This document shows, piece by piece, positions 1-13,283 of a stretch of DNA of 64,000 nucleotides (position 1 is its first letter; each line of letters starts with the position of its first letter). The notes beneath the pieces were generated by a model. It ran no database searches and had not been told where the DNA came from. It worked only from the letters and a program-made list of their open reading frames with translations. Source of the DNA: Basidiobolus meristosporus CBS 931.73 (lineage: Eukaryota > Fungi > Basidiobolomycota); contig MCFE01000269.1 of NCBI GenBank assembly GCA_002104905.1, positions 1 through 64,000 on the forward strand, in the 5' to 3' direction. The translations under genes and the position numbers were made by a program.

Positions 1-475
1 CTGATGGTCCCATGGTATGCCAGTCCTGAAGTGATGGTGTGCTAGACTTCTGACAGCCTCTTGTATATTAACCTACTACTCATCATAGTTCTCAATGGCT
101 TCAAAGATCCACATATCTTTTGATTTTGAGGCTTTGATATAAACAGTTCAGTCTCTCCCTCCCAGGATATGATAAATTCTCTTGTAGGCTTCAACATTAG
201 GCATTGTTGTTGTGCTTCAAAGATTATACAGTGTTCCCCTGGTGTTTCATTGGAAATGGCTTGATTGTAGGCTGTGATATAGAGCTACTTGTGCTCCTTC
301 TTTGCAGCAAAGAAACTGCTTTATCTACCTGGGATATTAATTGTGCTGAGCATATTATCTTCTCATCCTGTCTCTAGACTATATACCGCTTTCTCTGGAC
401 CAATGCATCTGTCCTATCAGCTGCTGCACTTAATTGTCTCATTAATGCATTATTATGAGCTGACAACATATTAGA
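1..475 (-). repeat. Degenerate copy of the transposon-associated unknown ORF (ORF-X), truncated by the window edge
   Basis: The reverse complement aligns by eye, colinearly, with 21672-22145 (e.g. atatgttgtcagctcata..., cagagaaagc, gcagtttctttgctgcaaa, gaagccattgaga, ccatgggaccatcag vs ccatggcaccatcag). It has multiple stops. Confidence 0.8.
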
Positions 476-747
476 ATTGTTGCATTGGATAGTACCACAT
501 AGTGCCAGCCTGTTTATTGTTCCAGACTAATCTGGCACCCTATGGCACTATCTGGTAGTATGGTTTCTACCACTATGCTAATGGTAGGTGACAACTACTG
601 GTTATTTCATTCACTCTTACTCATGTTGCTCACAATAGAGCTTCCCATGATTTGCTTAATCTTTGTAATGCTCCACACACATTTCTCTCAGTGAATGTCT
701 TCTTGTATGAATACACTGTGCATTAATAGGTATCTTAAGTATTTCAC

Positions 748-1393
748 CTATCTTCTGTTTTCTCCTTTGTATGACTTTTCTCTGAATTTATTGGCTAATA
801 TGGTGATTCTCTTCAGACATCCAAATATATGCTCTACCCACACTGTGGTTTGATTGAGTATCCCATTGTAGAGCATCTGCTGCTTGCTAAGTACACCATT
901 CCTTGACTTCCTAAAAATTGTGACATATCCTAATATCTGACAATTGTCTCTTATATGAGCTGAGTCTGCCATATATTTCTCCCTCTACTGAATTTAGGAT
1001 GATTCTCTAGCCAGATGCTTTGTGATGCCTACTTCCTGCAAATGGCCCACTAAACCAGATGGTGTTACCCTCAAGGTCAAATAATGCTTGAAACTGCACA
1101 CAGTATTCATTGTACCCGCCAGAACAAAAGTGCCTCTGCCCTCTAGGAGGTCCATTAATCCTAAGTGGGAAGGTATCTAATAAACTCCTGATATGGAACC
1201 TATTCATGAGCCCTTTGGAATATGGAAGCCTATTGGAGCTTCTGAACCTAGTATTCCAAGCATGCTCTAAGTCATTCATACCCTCTGCAAGGTGGTTCTC
1301 CATTGCTGTCAGATGTGAATGAAAGCTTCTAGAACTTTTGTTGCCATGGGTGGTGGACAAAACCTTGTGGGCCAATAGTTCTTGTACTAGCAC
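748..1393 (-). mobile_element. PIF/Harbinger-type (DDE_Tnp_4-like) transposase relic
   Basis: ORF 1007-1393 reads LLDTFPLRINGPPRGQRHFCSGGYNEYCVQFQALFDLEGNTIWFSGPFAGSRH. ORF 748-972 reads DSAH...QQMLYNGILNQTTVWVEHIFGCLK. These match the Harbinger catalytic-domain pattern (DGT..I.RP...Q...YSG....H..KFQ...DG....GP..GS.HD; D.AY; FN......R..VE..FG.LK). Confidence 0.7.
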
Positions 1394-1859
1394 AGTAGCT
1401 TAACAAGGGATCTCCTTAAATAGATTGGGGTTGATGGTCCACAGTACTTGGTATAGAGCTCTTCTGATGTGTTAAAAAGAAATCTAGTGTTGGTGATGGG
1501 ATTGAAGTGAAAACACATCAATTTGTACCTGCATGTGCCATTACTCCTGACCATCAGCAAGTTACTTCTGGTGAAATGACTGATAATTACCCTCATGAAG
1601 TGCCTCTACTACCAGAGCCTTTGGCAAGTAAAAGAACACATCAGCATGTGGTACTTCAGGCTTGTTCAGTAGCATCATACATAGCAACTCAGCTCTGCCA
1701 AGATGCAGCATTGCACTCATTAACTAGGAGGCAAAATACTGATTACAAATACACAAGTAGCCAAGATTATAGTCAACAAGGAAGTAGTTCAGGTGAGCAA
1801 AGTGAATCACTACCAAATGCTTCAGTAGTAACTGCTGTGAGGAAAAAACTTAGGAGAAG

Positions 1860-4107
1860 ATGATGCAATTGCATCGAGTTGCTATTATTTGTCATGATCC
1901 AAACAAATTTTTTTGCAATCCAAGTTAAGCCATTCCACATCATTGATCACTAAAATTTGATCCATGCAATACCAATGTCATCTTGCATTTCAGACAGAGC
2001 TTTATGAATAAGCACCCTGCATATATATACATCATCTGTAAAACTAGTGCAGCTATTTAATTTGTGCTGCTCCTATTGAATTGGTTGAGTGCTTGCTATG
2101 ACACCTTTTCCATTCACTAGGATCAGTGATTTACTTACTCAAAGGGTAAAATTAGATATTTGATGGCAAATCAGGCAGCTTGTGTATTGATCAATGAGCC
2201 AATTGGGTGCTGACAGCTTCAGGATACTTTTGACTAATCAACCATTGACATACCATGCAAGTAAAGAGATGGTAAGCAAAATGTTAAGTTTTAATTTAGT
2301 ATATAGTGTGATATTCATTTATTTCCATTTACTTTGAAGAAACATATCCAAATACCAGATTTTACCTACCATAGTAGCGGCATCCAATTGGGCACTTGAT
2401 GCAAACCTTACAATTGAGCATAATCATCTGTGACAACCTCATTGTGGCAGATTGTGCAACATAGTGCAAAATTGTCCAAGTGCAATTCTTTCTACTGGTA
2501 GCAACAATTTCACATAAATATAAGTCTGCAGGCAATTGCAGCAAACTTAGCAAGCTTTAAGCCATTGGCTAGAGTATAATTTAGTTGGAAACTAGATATA
2601 CAAAAGACACTGAGTGTCTGTTGGAGCAAAAGCTATCTACTGGGAGCAATGCATTTGCTTTTCAACAATATCCCTATAATGCTGACCAAGCTGTGTATGG
2701 GGCATTTCAAGCCTTATGAGCACTGTAGGATTTTGGTGAAACTTGAAAGAATTGGCAAGGTATTAAAGTGTATCAGCTTTTCTAAGTTCTTTTCACAGGC
2801 TTCAATTAATACTCATACACATATGCAACAATACAAATGAAAGGACTGGATGAACCAGAGAAGTATTGATTCAAGTGGCCTTCTGAAGCCATTCCTACCA
2901 AGAGAACATTGGAAGCATTGGGAGTCATATGTGGACCTTGTAGGAGTAATACCAAGAAGCCAATCATCAATGCCAACTTGGCACATGCACAGTTGTTGTG
3001 CAAGGAATTTGTAACAGAATTGGTGCAACTACACTACAAACATACATCTGAATGCGTAGATCACTGCTGCTAATGTATCCACTCTCTACTCTGTCTTGCT
3101 TGATGTGAGGAGAATACTGCACCTTACTTCACCTTTTGAAAGTTCCCTATGTAGCAGATGTGTGGGGAGGTAGAATGACAAGTTAACTTGCAGGGACTAC
3201 CATATTCTGATCTCATCAGGAAAATTGCCTTCAAATCCATTATGGCTGTGATGAGTTGGCACATGAAGAATTGGAAAATACTGAGTCCAGATTAGCAAAT
3301 GGGGACACCTATGTCTATGACATTAAAAAGCTAAGTAGCCATAATGTATGGTTAGTAAGCTAAGTAATGCAAAGTTGGGTTGGGTGCAACAAGCAACTGA
3401 TTTTTGTTAGAACAACTTTACCAAAGTATGCTGGGTTTGTCTTAGTCACAAGCCAAGGTTATTATTGCTCAATACAGTGATTCACACAACAAGAGTTAGA
3501 GCAACCTATAAGGGGCACTAGAATCCAGCTGGGAGAAGGAAAATATTGGCCAAATAATACTTAAAATTCTTGGCCGATAGTCAAGAGGTATTCCTGGCAA
3601 AAGTGCCAGCAACGTAGCGTATGTTTGTAAGATGTATATGCTACCAGTAATACAAGATATGGCAGCTTTACTAGTATTATACTGAATGGCTGTATGGTTG
3701 AGGAGATAGATGTGTATCAATTGTGGCAGATGTTTATGTATGTAGAGATTAGTAAGTAGGAGGCCATAGTTTTCTTGATTTGAACCATACTCAGAATACG
3801 CAGGTAGTAGAGAGTAGATAAATAACAGGGGTGATTCTGCACTAGGTATAGAAATTGCGCAAGGGGAGGTAGAAAAAGGAAAAACCATTTGGTAAATTGG
3901 TACAGAGACATTATTTAGAACTTGCGGCAGGCTGCCCTACTGCTATTATAATGCCATTAGCAGCTCACAATAAGGCTGTCAAGCGCTATCAAGTTTCTAT
4001 TCATATAGGATAATTGGATTTACCACAGGTTAGATCTGCTCAAGCAGATGTGGAGCTCTGTCAGACACAATGCCATGCAACACTTGTCAAACAACAGCCT
4101 AAGCACC
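1860..4107 (+). mobile_element. CACTA/EnSpm-like transposase relic, copy 1
   Basis: Broken frames give IFDGK (~2158), HN..PHCGRLCNI (~2405-2460), MHLLFNNIPIMLTKLCMGHFK (2649), KDWMN..GLLKPFLPREHWKHWESYVDLV and EFVTELVQLHYK...CIHSLLCLA...KFPM*QMCG (~3005-3170). These resemble fungal Tnp2/CACTA transposase motifs. Segment 3296-4100 is homologous to 14590-15396 (inverted). No terminal inverted repeats were found. Confidence 0.7.
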
Positions 4108-4279
4108 TATAGAAATGTTGGACTATATGTTATCATCAGCAGTTAAAAACCTACTTAACAATTCAAGACTAGTTGTAATCATTTGGGACTAACAGACAGC
4201 TCTAAGTTTGCCACTTTCTTCAGATTTATGATCCCATGATTATTTAACTCTAGTCAAGGTCAAATTAACACTTTTACCA

Positions 4280-4648
4280 TGTTGAAATATTGGACTATTT
4301 GGTATCATTCAGCAGCTAAAAATTTACTTAACAATTCTAGGCTAGTCTTAGTCACTGTAGGACTCATTTACTGCCTTAACTTTGCCACTTTCTCCAGATA
4401 TATGATCTTATGATTATTCCCCTATAGTCAGGATCAAATTAGCACTATTACCAAACATTATGTACTAACCCTGAAACTGTTACAGAATGCTCCTGAATAT
4501 TGAGAAACCCTCCCTACTTAGTGTTGCAGCTGTATTACTTCTACAAAGGTATAAATACTGAGCTTCTTTATGAATAAACAACAGTTCAACTATTATCACT
4601 ATTTCTTGATAAGTTCCTTATATCCAAATCACTTCTTAAATTGCAACA
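4280..4648 (+). repeat. 5' LTR of young Copia-A
   Basis: TGTTG start and CAACA end; TATAAATA at 4550-4557; AATAAA at 4573-4578; near-identical to 8597-8965. Confidence 0.97.
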
Positions 4649-4660
4649 GGTTATGAGCCC
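4649..4660 (+). promoter_or_regulatory. Primer-binding site GGTTATGAGCCC, complementary to the anticodon arm of initiator tRNA-Met (half-tRNA priming)
   Basis: It immediately follows the LTR. Its reverse complement GGGCTCATAACC is the anticodon stem-loop sequence of yeast tRNA-iMet, as used by copia/Ty5-type elements. Confidence 0.9.
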
Positions 4661-4684
4661 CAATTGCCTTAATCTATTCTAAAG

Positions 4685-7600
4685 ATGATTTCTACCAGCA
4701 AACAAAGCAATACCAACATCTTCCCTGTAAAGGAGAGGTTTGATGGGAAGAACTACAGACTTTGGAGAATCAAGATGAAGATCCAGCTTGAGGAATGAAA
4801 GCTTTGGAACATAGTAACAGGAAAGGAAGTTGAGCCCAAAGGAACAGCAGAAGATTTGGAGAAGTTTCAAGAGAAGGAGAGAAAGGCCTTCAATGCAATA
4901 TGCATCAATGTGCAAGACTCCTTCATTGGACAAATCCATGCCTCAAATACTGCCAAAGCAGCATGGGAATCCTTGGAGAAGATCTTTAGAGCAAAGTCAG
5001 TATCAAGCAAGCTTTATTCGAAACAAAAGTTCTTCAACATGAGAAAAAAGCCAGATGATGACATGCAACAACTCATTACAAGAATGGAGACACTTGCAGA
5101 AGAACTTTACAGTGTTAATGCTGGTGTAGATGATGAAGAAAAGATACTCTGTCTGCTTTGCAGCCTACCAGACAAGTATGAGCCACTCATACTTTCTTTT
5201 GAAAGCAGAGAAGACAACTTGACTTTAGACTATGTCAAAGGAAGACTTCTCCATGAAGAACTCAGACGTAATGACCAAGCAGAGAAAATTGAAGATAATG
5301 CTTTATTCAGCTCAGAAAGGCATACAGAAAAGAAGGGAAAGCAACAAAACCGAAGAAAACCTGGCTGCTGTAACTACTTTAAGAAGCCAGGACACTGGGC
5401 AAGAGAATGCAAGAAGGAACAAGCAGACGAAAAACAGAAACTAGAGCAGGCAAACCATATAACTACTGATGAACAGCTATTTGTCACTGTACAAGAGAGT
5501 GCAAGTAACCAAAGTAATGAATGGTATATTGACTCTGGAGCATCACAGCATATTTGTGGTATAAAGGATTGGTTCAGCAACTTAAAGACTATTCCCGTAA
5601 GAAAGGTTTATCTGGGAGATAACTCTGCATTGGAAGCTACCGCCAGTGGGTCTATACAACTAAATATGAGTTATAACTCAGGGGCAACAACAGCAAAACT
5701 GACTGACGTACTCTATGTACCTGGAATAGCTAAGAACCTACTCTCAGTCAGTAAAGCAACTACTCAGGGACTGAAATTCGTTTTTACTAAGCTGAGCTGC
5801 TCAATATTGAGAGAAAATGGACAAAAATTAGCTTCAGGAATCAGAGATCACAATATATACAAGTTACAATGCAAGATCATTGTACCTGAGTATGTCAACA
5901 TTGCTGAAACTGATGAAACCAACTGGGAGACGTGGCATAGGAGGCTAGGACACATAGGGGAACAGAAAATGAGCCAATTGGTGAAAAATCAGCTTGTTTT
6001 GGGCCTAAAATACTCAATTACGATCAAATTGAATGTTTGTAAGGGATGTTCATATGGCAAACAAGCTAGGCAACGTTTCAAGAGCTCAGAAGGCATCAAT
6101 ACCACCGAAATATTGGCTATTGTACACTCAGACATATGTGGCCCCATGAGAACACTGTCCTTTGGAGCCAAGAGATACTTTATGATGTTTATTGATGACA
6201 AGACAAGATATACATGGGTATACTTCCTCAAAACAAAGGATGAAGCTTTAGAGACGTTTAAGCACTTCAAGAACATGGCAGAAACACAAACTGGGTGTAA
6301 ATTGAAGGTACTACGAAGTGACAATGGAGGAGAATACTGCTCAAAGGAGTTTGCAAAATACTGCTTGTCTACTGGTATACTTCAACAGACCACAGTTCCT
6401 CATACTCCACAGCAAAATGGAGTAGCAGAACGTGCAAATAGAACAATAGTAGAGATGGGAAGATCTATGCTACATGATAAGGGAATGGACTACAGGTTTT
6501 GGGCTGAATCTGTTGCTGCCACTGTATACATCAAGAACAGATGCCCAACAACAGCACTACATGATTCTACACCCTTTGAAGCATATACAGGCAAAAAACT
6601 AGATCTCCAGCACCTCAGGATCTTTGGCAGTGATGTTTTTTATCACATCCCTGACAAAAAACGCTCAAAGTTGGAACCAAAGAGTAGAAAAGGGATCTTT
6701 CTTGGGTATTGTGAAGATACTAAAGGGTATAGAGTGTATGATGGCAAAATTCAGAAGCTGATCAAGAGCAGGGATGTTGTATTTGAGGAAAATTCAGATC
6801 AGAAAGCCACCGAAATCATTGGCCATCTGCCTGATGATGCAATCAACACAAATGAAGAAGATACGTACCAAATCTAGCCAGAGATGGAAGATACTTCTAC
6901 CAGTTCCAGATCAGAACAGATTATCCCAGTTAGGAGATCTACCAGAATAAGAAATGCCCCTGGATCCTGGTGGCAGACATCCAATGATCATGAAGAAGCT
7001 TATCTTGCCTTATGTGCCGAACCTCAGAATCTGGAACAGGCAATGCAAGGTCCAGATGCTACTCAGTGGCAACAAGCCATGCAGGAGGAGTACCAATCAC
7101 TGATCAAGGCAAAAACGTGGGAACTGGTAGATTTACCAAATGGGAGAAAGCCAATAGGATGTAGATGGGTCTACAAAATCAAGATAACCTCAAATGGTGC
7201 TGTTGATAAGTACAAGGCTAGATTGGTAGCTAAAGGCTATTCCCAGATCCAGGGACTAGACTTTAAGGAAACATTTGCTCTGGTTGCCAAGTTTAACTCT
7301 ATTAGGACAGTTCTAGCCCTCGCAGCTGTACACAGTCTAGATCTAAACCAAATGGACATCAAAACAGCCTTTCTAAATGGGGATTTGCAAGAAACTATAT
7401 ATATGGAGCAACCAGAAGGTTTTACCGATCCAAAAAGCCCCCATAAGGTGTGCAAACTTAGAAAATTGGTGTATGGGCTTAAGCAGGCACCCAGAGCATG
7501 GTATAACAAGATTGACACATATCTAGAGGAAATTGGGTTCTCTTGTAGCACTGCAGATCACAGTATATATGTGAAACAGCTCAAAAAGGGTGTGATCATC

Positions 7601-8602
7601 CTAGTTCTTTATGTGGACGACCTAATTATAGCTACAAGTGATCAAGAGGCACTTAAACAGACAAAATCAGGTCTCTTCAGCAAGTTTGAGATGAAAGATC
7701 TTGGAAAATTGAGCTATTTTCTTGGAATTGAGGTCAAATTTGACATACCTACGCAGAAAATTGTGCTGAATCAGTCTAAGTACATCAGGGACATTCTTAG
7801 ACGCTTCAAAATGGAAAATTGCAAACCTGCAGCAACCCCTATGGACAATAACCTGAAATTAAGCAAATCTCAGCCAGTTATAGATGAAAATGGCTCAAAT
7901 ATGGACCAGAACTTTCCCTATCAATCAATGGTTGGTAGCCTAATGTACTTGATGGTGTCAACACGTCCAGATATTGCAGTAGCAGTTGGAATAGTCAGTC
8001 AATTCATGCAGAATTATGGATCAGATCAAATTGCAGCAGTTAAGCGGATTTTCAGATATCTACAAGGTACCATAAATATGGTACTGGGATACTCTGGAGC
8101 AGCAAATAGGCGAAAATTTGATGGTTATAGTGATTCAGATTGGGGTAGGGATTTGATTGACAGACGCTCTACCACAGGCTATGTATTTCTTTATGCTGGT
8201 GCAGCTATTACTTGGAATTGCACAAAACAACCAACTGTGGCACTATCTACAACTGAAGCCAAATATATGGCTGCATGTCAAGCAACTAAGGAGGCTATAT
8301 GGCTACGAAAATTATTCAAAGACTTAGGTTTTAATTCAGGTGAACCAACATGTATCTACAAGGATAATCAAAGTTGTATTTCATTAGCTAGAAATCCTAC
8401 TAATCATGCCAGAACTAAGCACATTGATATACAGCATCACTTTGTGAGGGAAGCTGTAGAAAATAACTTAGTAGAGCTGGTTTACTGCCCAACTGACAGA
8501 ATGGTGGCAGACATATTGACAAAACCACTAGCTAGGCCACAGTTTGAGACCCTTAGAGAGAAATTGGGATTAAGAAATTATTTAGTTGAGGGGGAGTGTT
8601 GA
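4685..8602 (+). pseudogene. Copia gag-pol polyprotein, single frame with two premature stops
   Basis: ATG at 4685; in-frame TGA at 4796-4798 and TAG at 6875-6877. Motifs: zinc knuckle CNYFKKPGHWAREC (second Cys mutated to F), PR WYIDSGASQH, INT HRRLGH/VHSDICGP/RSDNGGEY/QNGVAER, RT LYVDDLI, RH YSDSDW/KHIDIQHHFVRE. Confidence 0.95.
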
Positions 8603-8965
8603 AATATTGGACTATTTGGTATCATTCAGCAGCTAAAAATTTACTTAACAATTCTAGGCTAGTCTTAGTCACTGTAGGACTCATTTACTGCCTTAACTTT
8701 GCCACTTTCTCAAGATAAATGATCTTATAATTACTCCCCTATAGTCAGGATCAAATCAGCACTATTACCAAACATTATGTACCAACCCTGAAACTGTTAC
8801 AGAATGCTCCTGAATATTGAGAAACCCTCCCTACTTAGTGTTGCAGCTGTATTACTTCTACAAAGGTATAAATACTGAGCTTCTTTATGAATAAACAACA
8901 GTTCAACTATTATCACTATTTCTTGATAAGTTCCTTATATCCAAATCACTTCTTAAATTGCAACA
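8597..8965 (+). repeat. 3' LTR of young Copia-A, preceded by polypurine tract gagggggag (8588-8596)
   Basis: Direct repeat of 4280-4648; the pol stop codon falls within the first bases of the LTR. Confidence 0.97.
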
Positions 8966-11900
8966 TACCAAACATTATGTACTAACAATGATACTTTTAC
9001 AAATTGCTGCTGTATGTGAGAATCCCTCCTTACTAAGTGTTACAGCTGTAGTACTTCTACAAAGGTATAAATACTGAGCGTCTTTTGAACCAGCAACAGT
9101 TCAGCTATTATCACTATATCTTGGTAAGTGTCTTATTTCCAAATCACTTCTTAAATTGCAGCAGATTATGAGCCGCAATTGCCTCAATAAACTCTCAAGA
9201 TGACTTCTACCAGCAAACAGAATAATATAACCATCTTCCCTGTAAATTTGAGGTTTGATGGGAAGAGCTACAGACCCTGGAGATACAAGATATCATCCTA
9301 CCTTGAGAAAAGAAAGCCTTGGAATATAGTTACAGGAAAAGAAGTTGAGACCAAAGGAACAGCAGAAGAAGTGGAGAAGTTTCAAGAGAAGGATAGAAAG
9401 GCCTTGAATGCCAATGCATCAATGTACAAGAATCCTTTATTGGACAAATCCATTCTTCAAATACTGCCCCAGCAGCTTTAGAATATTTGAGAAGATCTTT
9501 AAAGCAAAGTCAGTACCAAGCAAGCTTTATTTAAAGCAAAAGCTCCTCAGCATGAGAAAGAAGCCAGATGATGACACACTACAACTTATTATCAGAATGG
9601 AGAGACTTGCAGACAAACTTCACAGCATTAATGCTGGTGGATATGATGGAGAACAGATACTCCATCTGCTTTGCTGCCTACCAGATAAGTATGAGCAACT
9701 CTTACTTTTTTTTGAAAGCAGGGAAGAGCATCTGACTTTGGACTATGTCAAAGGGAGACTTCTTCATGAAAAACTCTGATATATTGATCAAGCAGACAAG
9801 ATGAAGACAATGCTTTTTTCTGCTCAGAAAGGCACACAGAGAACAAGAGAAAGCAACAGAACCAAAGAAAACCTGGTTCTTTTGTCTACTGTTAGAACCA
9901 GGACACTGGATAAGAGAATGCAAGAAGAAACAAGTAGATAAAAAACAGAAACTGGAGCAGGTAAACCATATAACTTCTGATGAGCAGTAACCCATAATGT
10001 ACAAGCAAGTGCAAGTAACCAAAATAATGAATGGTATATCAACTCTGGAGCATCACAGCAAATTTATGGTACTAAGGAATGGTTCAGCAACTTAAAGACT
10101 GTTTGCATAAGAAATTTGTATCCAGGAGACAACTCTCCACTGTAAGCTACCACCAGTGGGTCTATACTGCTAAATATAAGTGATATCTCAGGGGCTACAA
10201 GAGCAAAACTAACTGACATACTCTAGGTACTTGGAATAGCTAAGAACCTACTCTCAGTCAGTAAAGCTGCTCTGGGACTGAAATTAGCTTTTACTGATCT
10301 GAGCTGCTTAATACTGAGTGAAAATGGACAAGAAATGGCTTTGGGAATCAAAGACCACAATATTCAGAAGTTACAATGCAAAATCATTGTTCTTGAATGT
10401 GACAAAATTGCAGAGACTGCGGAAACTGACTGGGAGACATGGCATAGGAGGCAACAACACATTGCAGAACAGAAAATGAGCTAGATGGGGAAGAATTAAC
10501 TTGTTTTGAGCCTGTACTGGTCAATTCAATCAAGTTGAGTGTTTGAAAGGGATGTTCATGTGGTAAATAAGCTAGGCAATGTTTCAGGAGCTCAGGAGGC
10601 ATCCACACAAACAAGATAATGGCTATTGTACACTCAAACATAAGTGGCCAATGAGAACACTGTTCTTTGGAGCCAAGAGATACTTTGTGTCCTTTATTGA
10701 TGACAAGACAAGATTTATATGGGTGTACTTCCTCAAAACAAAGTATCAGGCTTTAGAGATGCTTAAGCACTTCAAGATCATGACTGAGGCACCAACTGGG
10801 TGTAAATTGAAGGTACTACAAAGTGATAATGGAGGGAAACACTGCACAAAGGGGTTTGCAAAATACTGCTCATCTACAGGTCTACTTCAGCAGACCACTG
10901 TTACACATACTCCACTGCAAAATGGAGTAGCAGTATGTGCAAATAGTACAATAGGAGAGTTGGGAAGATATAAGCTATATGATTAGGGAATGAACTAAGC
11001 GTTTTGGGCTGAATCTGTTGCTACCACTGCTTACAGTAAGAATAGTTGCCCAACAACATCACTATGTGAATCTACAATCTTTGGGGCGTATGCAGGCAAA
11101 ATAGCTAGACCTCCAACATCTCAGGATTTCTGGCAGTGATGTTTTAACACATCCCTGAAAGAAAAGCTCTCAGAGTTGGAACCAAAGAGTAGAAAAGATA
11201 TGTTTCTGGGGTTTTGTGACAATACTAAAGGGTATGGAGTGTATGATCTGGTTGCCAAGTTTAACTCCATTAGGACAGTTCTAGCCCTGGCAGCTGTACA
11301 TAGTCTAGATCTACATCAAATTACCATCAAAACAGCTTTTCTCAATGCAGATTTGCAAGAAACTATATATGTGGAGCAAACAAAAGATTTTATCAATTCA
11401 AAAGGCCCCCATAAGCTGTGCAGACTCAGGTAAACACTGTATGGGCTCAAGCAGGCACCTGGAGTATGACATAACAAGACTGATACATATCTAGAGGAAA
11501 TTGAGCTCATTTGTAGCACTGCAGATTACAGTTTGTAAGTGAAACAGCTCAAAGAGGGTATAATCATTCTAAGTCTTTGAGTAGACAACCCAACAATAGC
11601 TACAAGTAATCAGGAGGCACTTAAACAAGCAAATTGGATCTCTTCAGAAAGTTTAAGATGCAAGATCTTGGAAACTTGAGGTTTTTTTATAGGAATTCTA
11701 GTCACATATGGCATAACCATGCAGAATACTATACTAAATCAGTCCTGGTACCTTAGGGACACTCTTATATGCTTCAAAGTGGAGAATTTCAAACCTGCAG
11801 TTACCTCTATGGACAATAACCTGAAATTGAGCAAAACCCAACCAATTTTAGTGAAAAACAGCTCAAATATGGAACAAGACATTCCCTATAAATTGATGGT

Positions 11901-12039
11901 TGTTACCCTGATATACCAGATGGTGTCTACATGTCCACATAGTTCAGTAGCAGTTAGAATAGTCTGTTAATTCTTGCAAAATTATGGATTATTTCAAATT
12001 AGAGCTGCTGATGGATTGTTAGATATCTTCAAATTATTT

Positions 12040-12172
12040 CTGCATCACTCTTTTGGCTGCTTCATCATCACCCAATTAGATCCAACTTAATATATCTAAA
12101 TCTGTCTGATAATGGTCTGCTGATTCAATTGCTGACTGAAGCTATTGATTTGATAGATAATACTGATAAACT
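12040..12172 (-). repeat. Fragment of Gypsy-family LTR embedded in the old Copia-A RT/RH region
   Basis: The reverse complement contains gatctaattgggtgatgatgaagca and cagtcagca/gcaga similar to 15500-15590. It interrupts otherwise colinear Copia RT sequence. Confidence 0.6.
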
Positions 12173-12734
12173 CTAAGGGTACCAAAGTTATTGATAGACT
12201 TAGTTGTTATATCAGATGAACCAACATGAATTTACAAAGATAATCCAAGATGTATGTCATTAGCTAAAAATTCTACTAATAATGCCAGAATTAGGAGCAT
12301 ATATTTCCAATACCTCATCTTGAGGGTAGCTGTACAAAATAATTTGGTAGTGTTAGTTTACTGCCCAAAAGACAAAATGGCAGTATATACACTAACAAAG
12401 CCACCGGCTAGGCCACATTTCAGGTATCTCAGAGAGGAACTAGGATTAAGATATTATATAGTTGAGGGGGAGTGTTGAATTATCAGACAGTTTGGTATTA
12501 TTCAGCAGCTAAAAACTTTACAATTCTGCACTAGTCTTGGTCACTATAGGACTAGTCTACAGCCCTAACTTTGCCTTTATCTTTCAGATCTATGATCCCA
12601 TGATTATTTTACTATGTTCAACATCAAGTTAGCACTTTTACTCAGCATTATGTACTAACCCTGACACTACTACAAAATACTCTTGAATGTTGAGAAACTC
12701 TCTTTACTTAGTTTTACAGATGTATTACTCCACA

Positions 12735-12930
12735 GCATTGTGCTCTTATTCTTCACAGTGACTCAATTCTAGGCTCTGTGGTCAATACACATCCCAAATG
12801 TTCCATCCTTCTTCTTTACAAGTGGCTCTAGTGGTCCCTACATTGAATTGCCAGGTCTGATTTATCCTTATTCCAATAACTGATCAATTTGTTTCTCAAT
12901 ATCTTCCAGTTCCAATGAATTCATATATAA
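12735..12930 (-). mobile_element. Ty3/Gypsy reverse transcriptase N-terminal fragment
   Basis: Minus frame reads SLELEDIEKQIDQLLE*G*IRPGNS...LVKKKDGTFGMCIDHRA*N*VTVKNK, homologous to 17405-17585. Confidence 0.85.
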
Positions 12931-13283
12931 TGAATAAGCTATGAGAGACATCAGGGTATATCTTGTCAACACTCTGTATGCACTGTAACTTGCTAAGTTG
13001 ACTTGTGTCACACACACAGGAGTAGGTCAAGTCAAAATGCAGTCTGGTAGGTCAGTGATCATAAGTCTCAAAGTCCCTTGGGTTCTTATAGTATGGGTAC
13101 TTCAGTTAATAGATGGATTACAGAAAAGTAGCCTGGTCTGTTCAGATACATAGTTAAACTTATAACTTACATATTATTAGGCATGTAGGTCTGCTTCATA
13201 GCTGTTATTCATTGTTCCTGCTGGCTAAGTAATTAAGCTGATTAGGTGAGAATTCTATTAGCAGTCAAAGCTGAGGTTAATGT

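Larger units (their letters stand above)
4280..8965 (+). mobile_element. Full-length, recently inserted Ty1/Copia LTR retrotransposon (family A)
   Basis: Two 369-bp LTRs (TGTTG...CAACA) differ at only 6 positions. There is a perfect 5-bp TSD TACCA (4275-4279 / 8966-8970), a PBS, a PPT, and the domain order gag-PR-INT-RT-RH. Confidence 0.98.
4108..12735 (+). mobile_element. Older, degenerate Ty1/Copia element (family A), interrupted in its 5' LTR by a younger copy
   Basis: The 5' LTR is split into 4108-4279 and 8971-9163, followed by a decayed PBS gattatgagccg (9164-9175). Gag/PR/INT/RT fragments at 9200-12478 are colinear with 4685-8602. An internal deletion fuses INT to RT near 11247 (GYGVYD|LVAKFN). 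PPT gagggggag precedes a truncated 3' LTR at 12473-12735. Confidence 0.9.
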
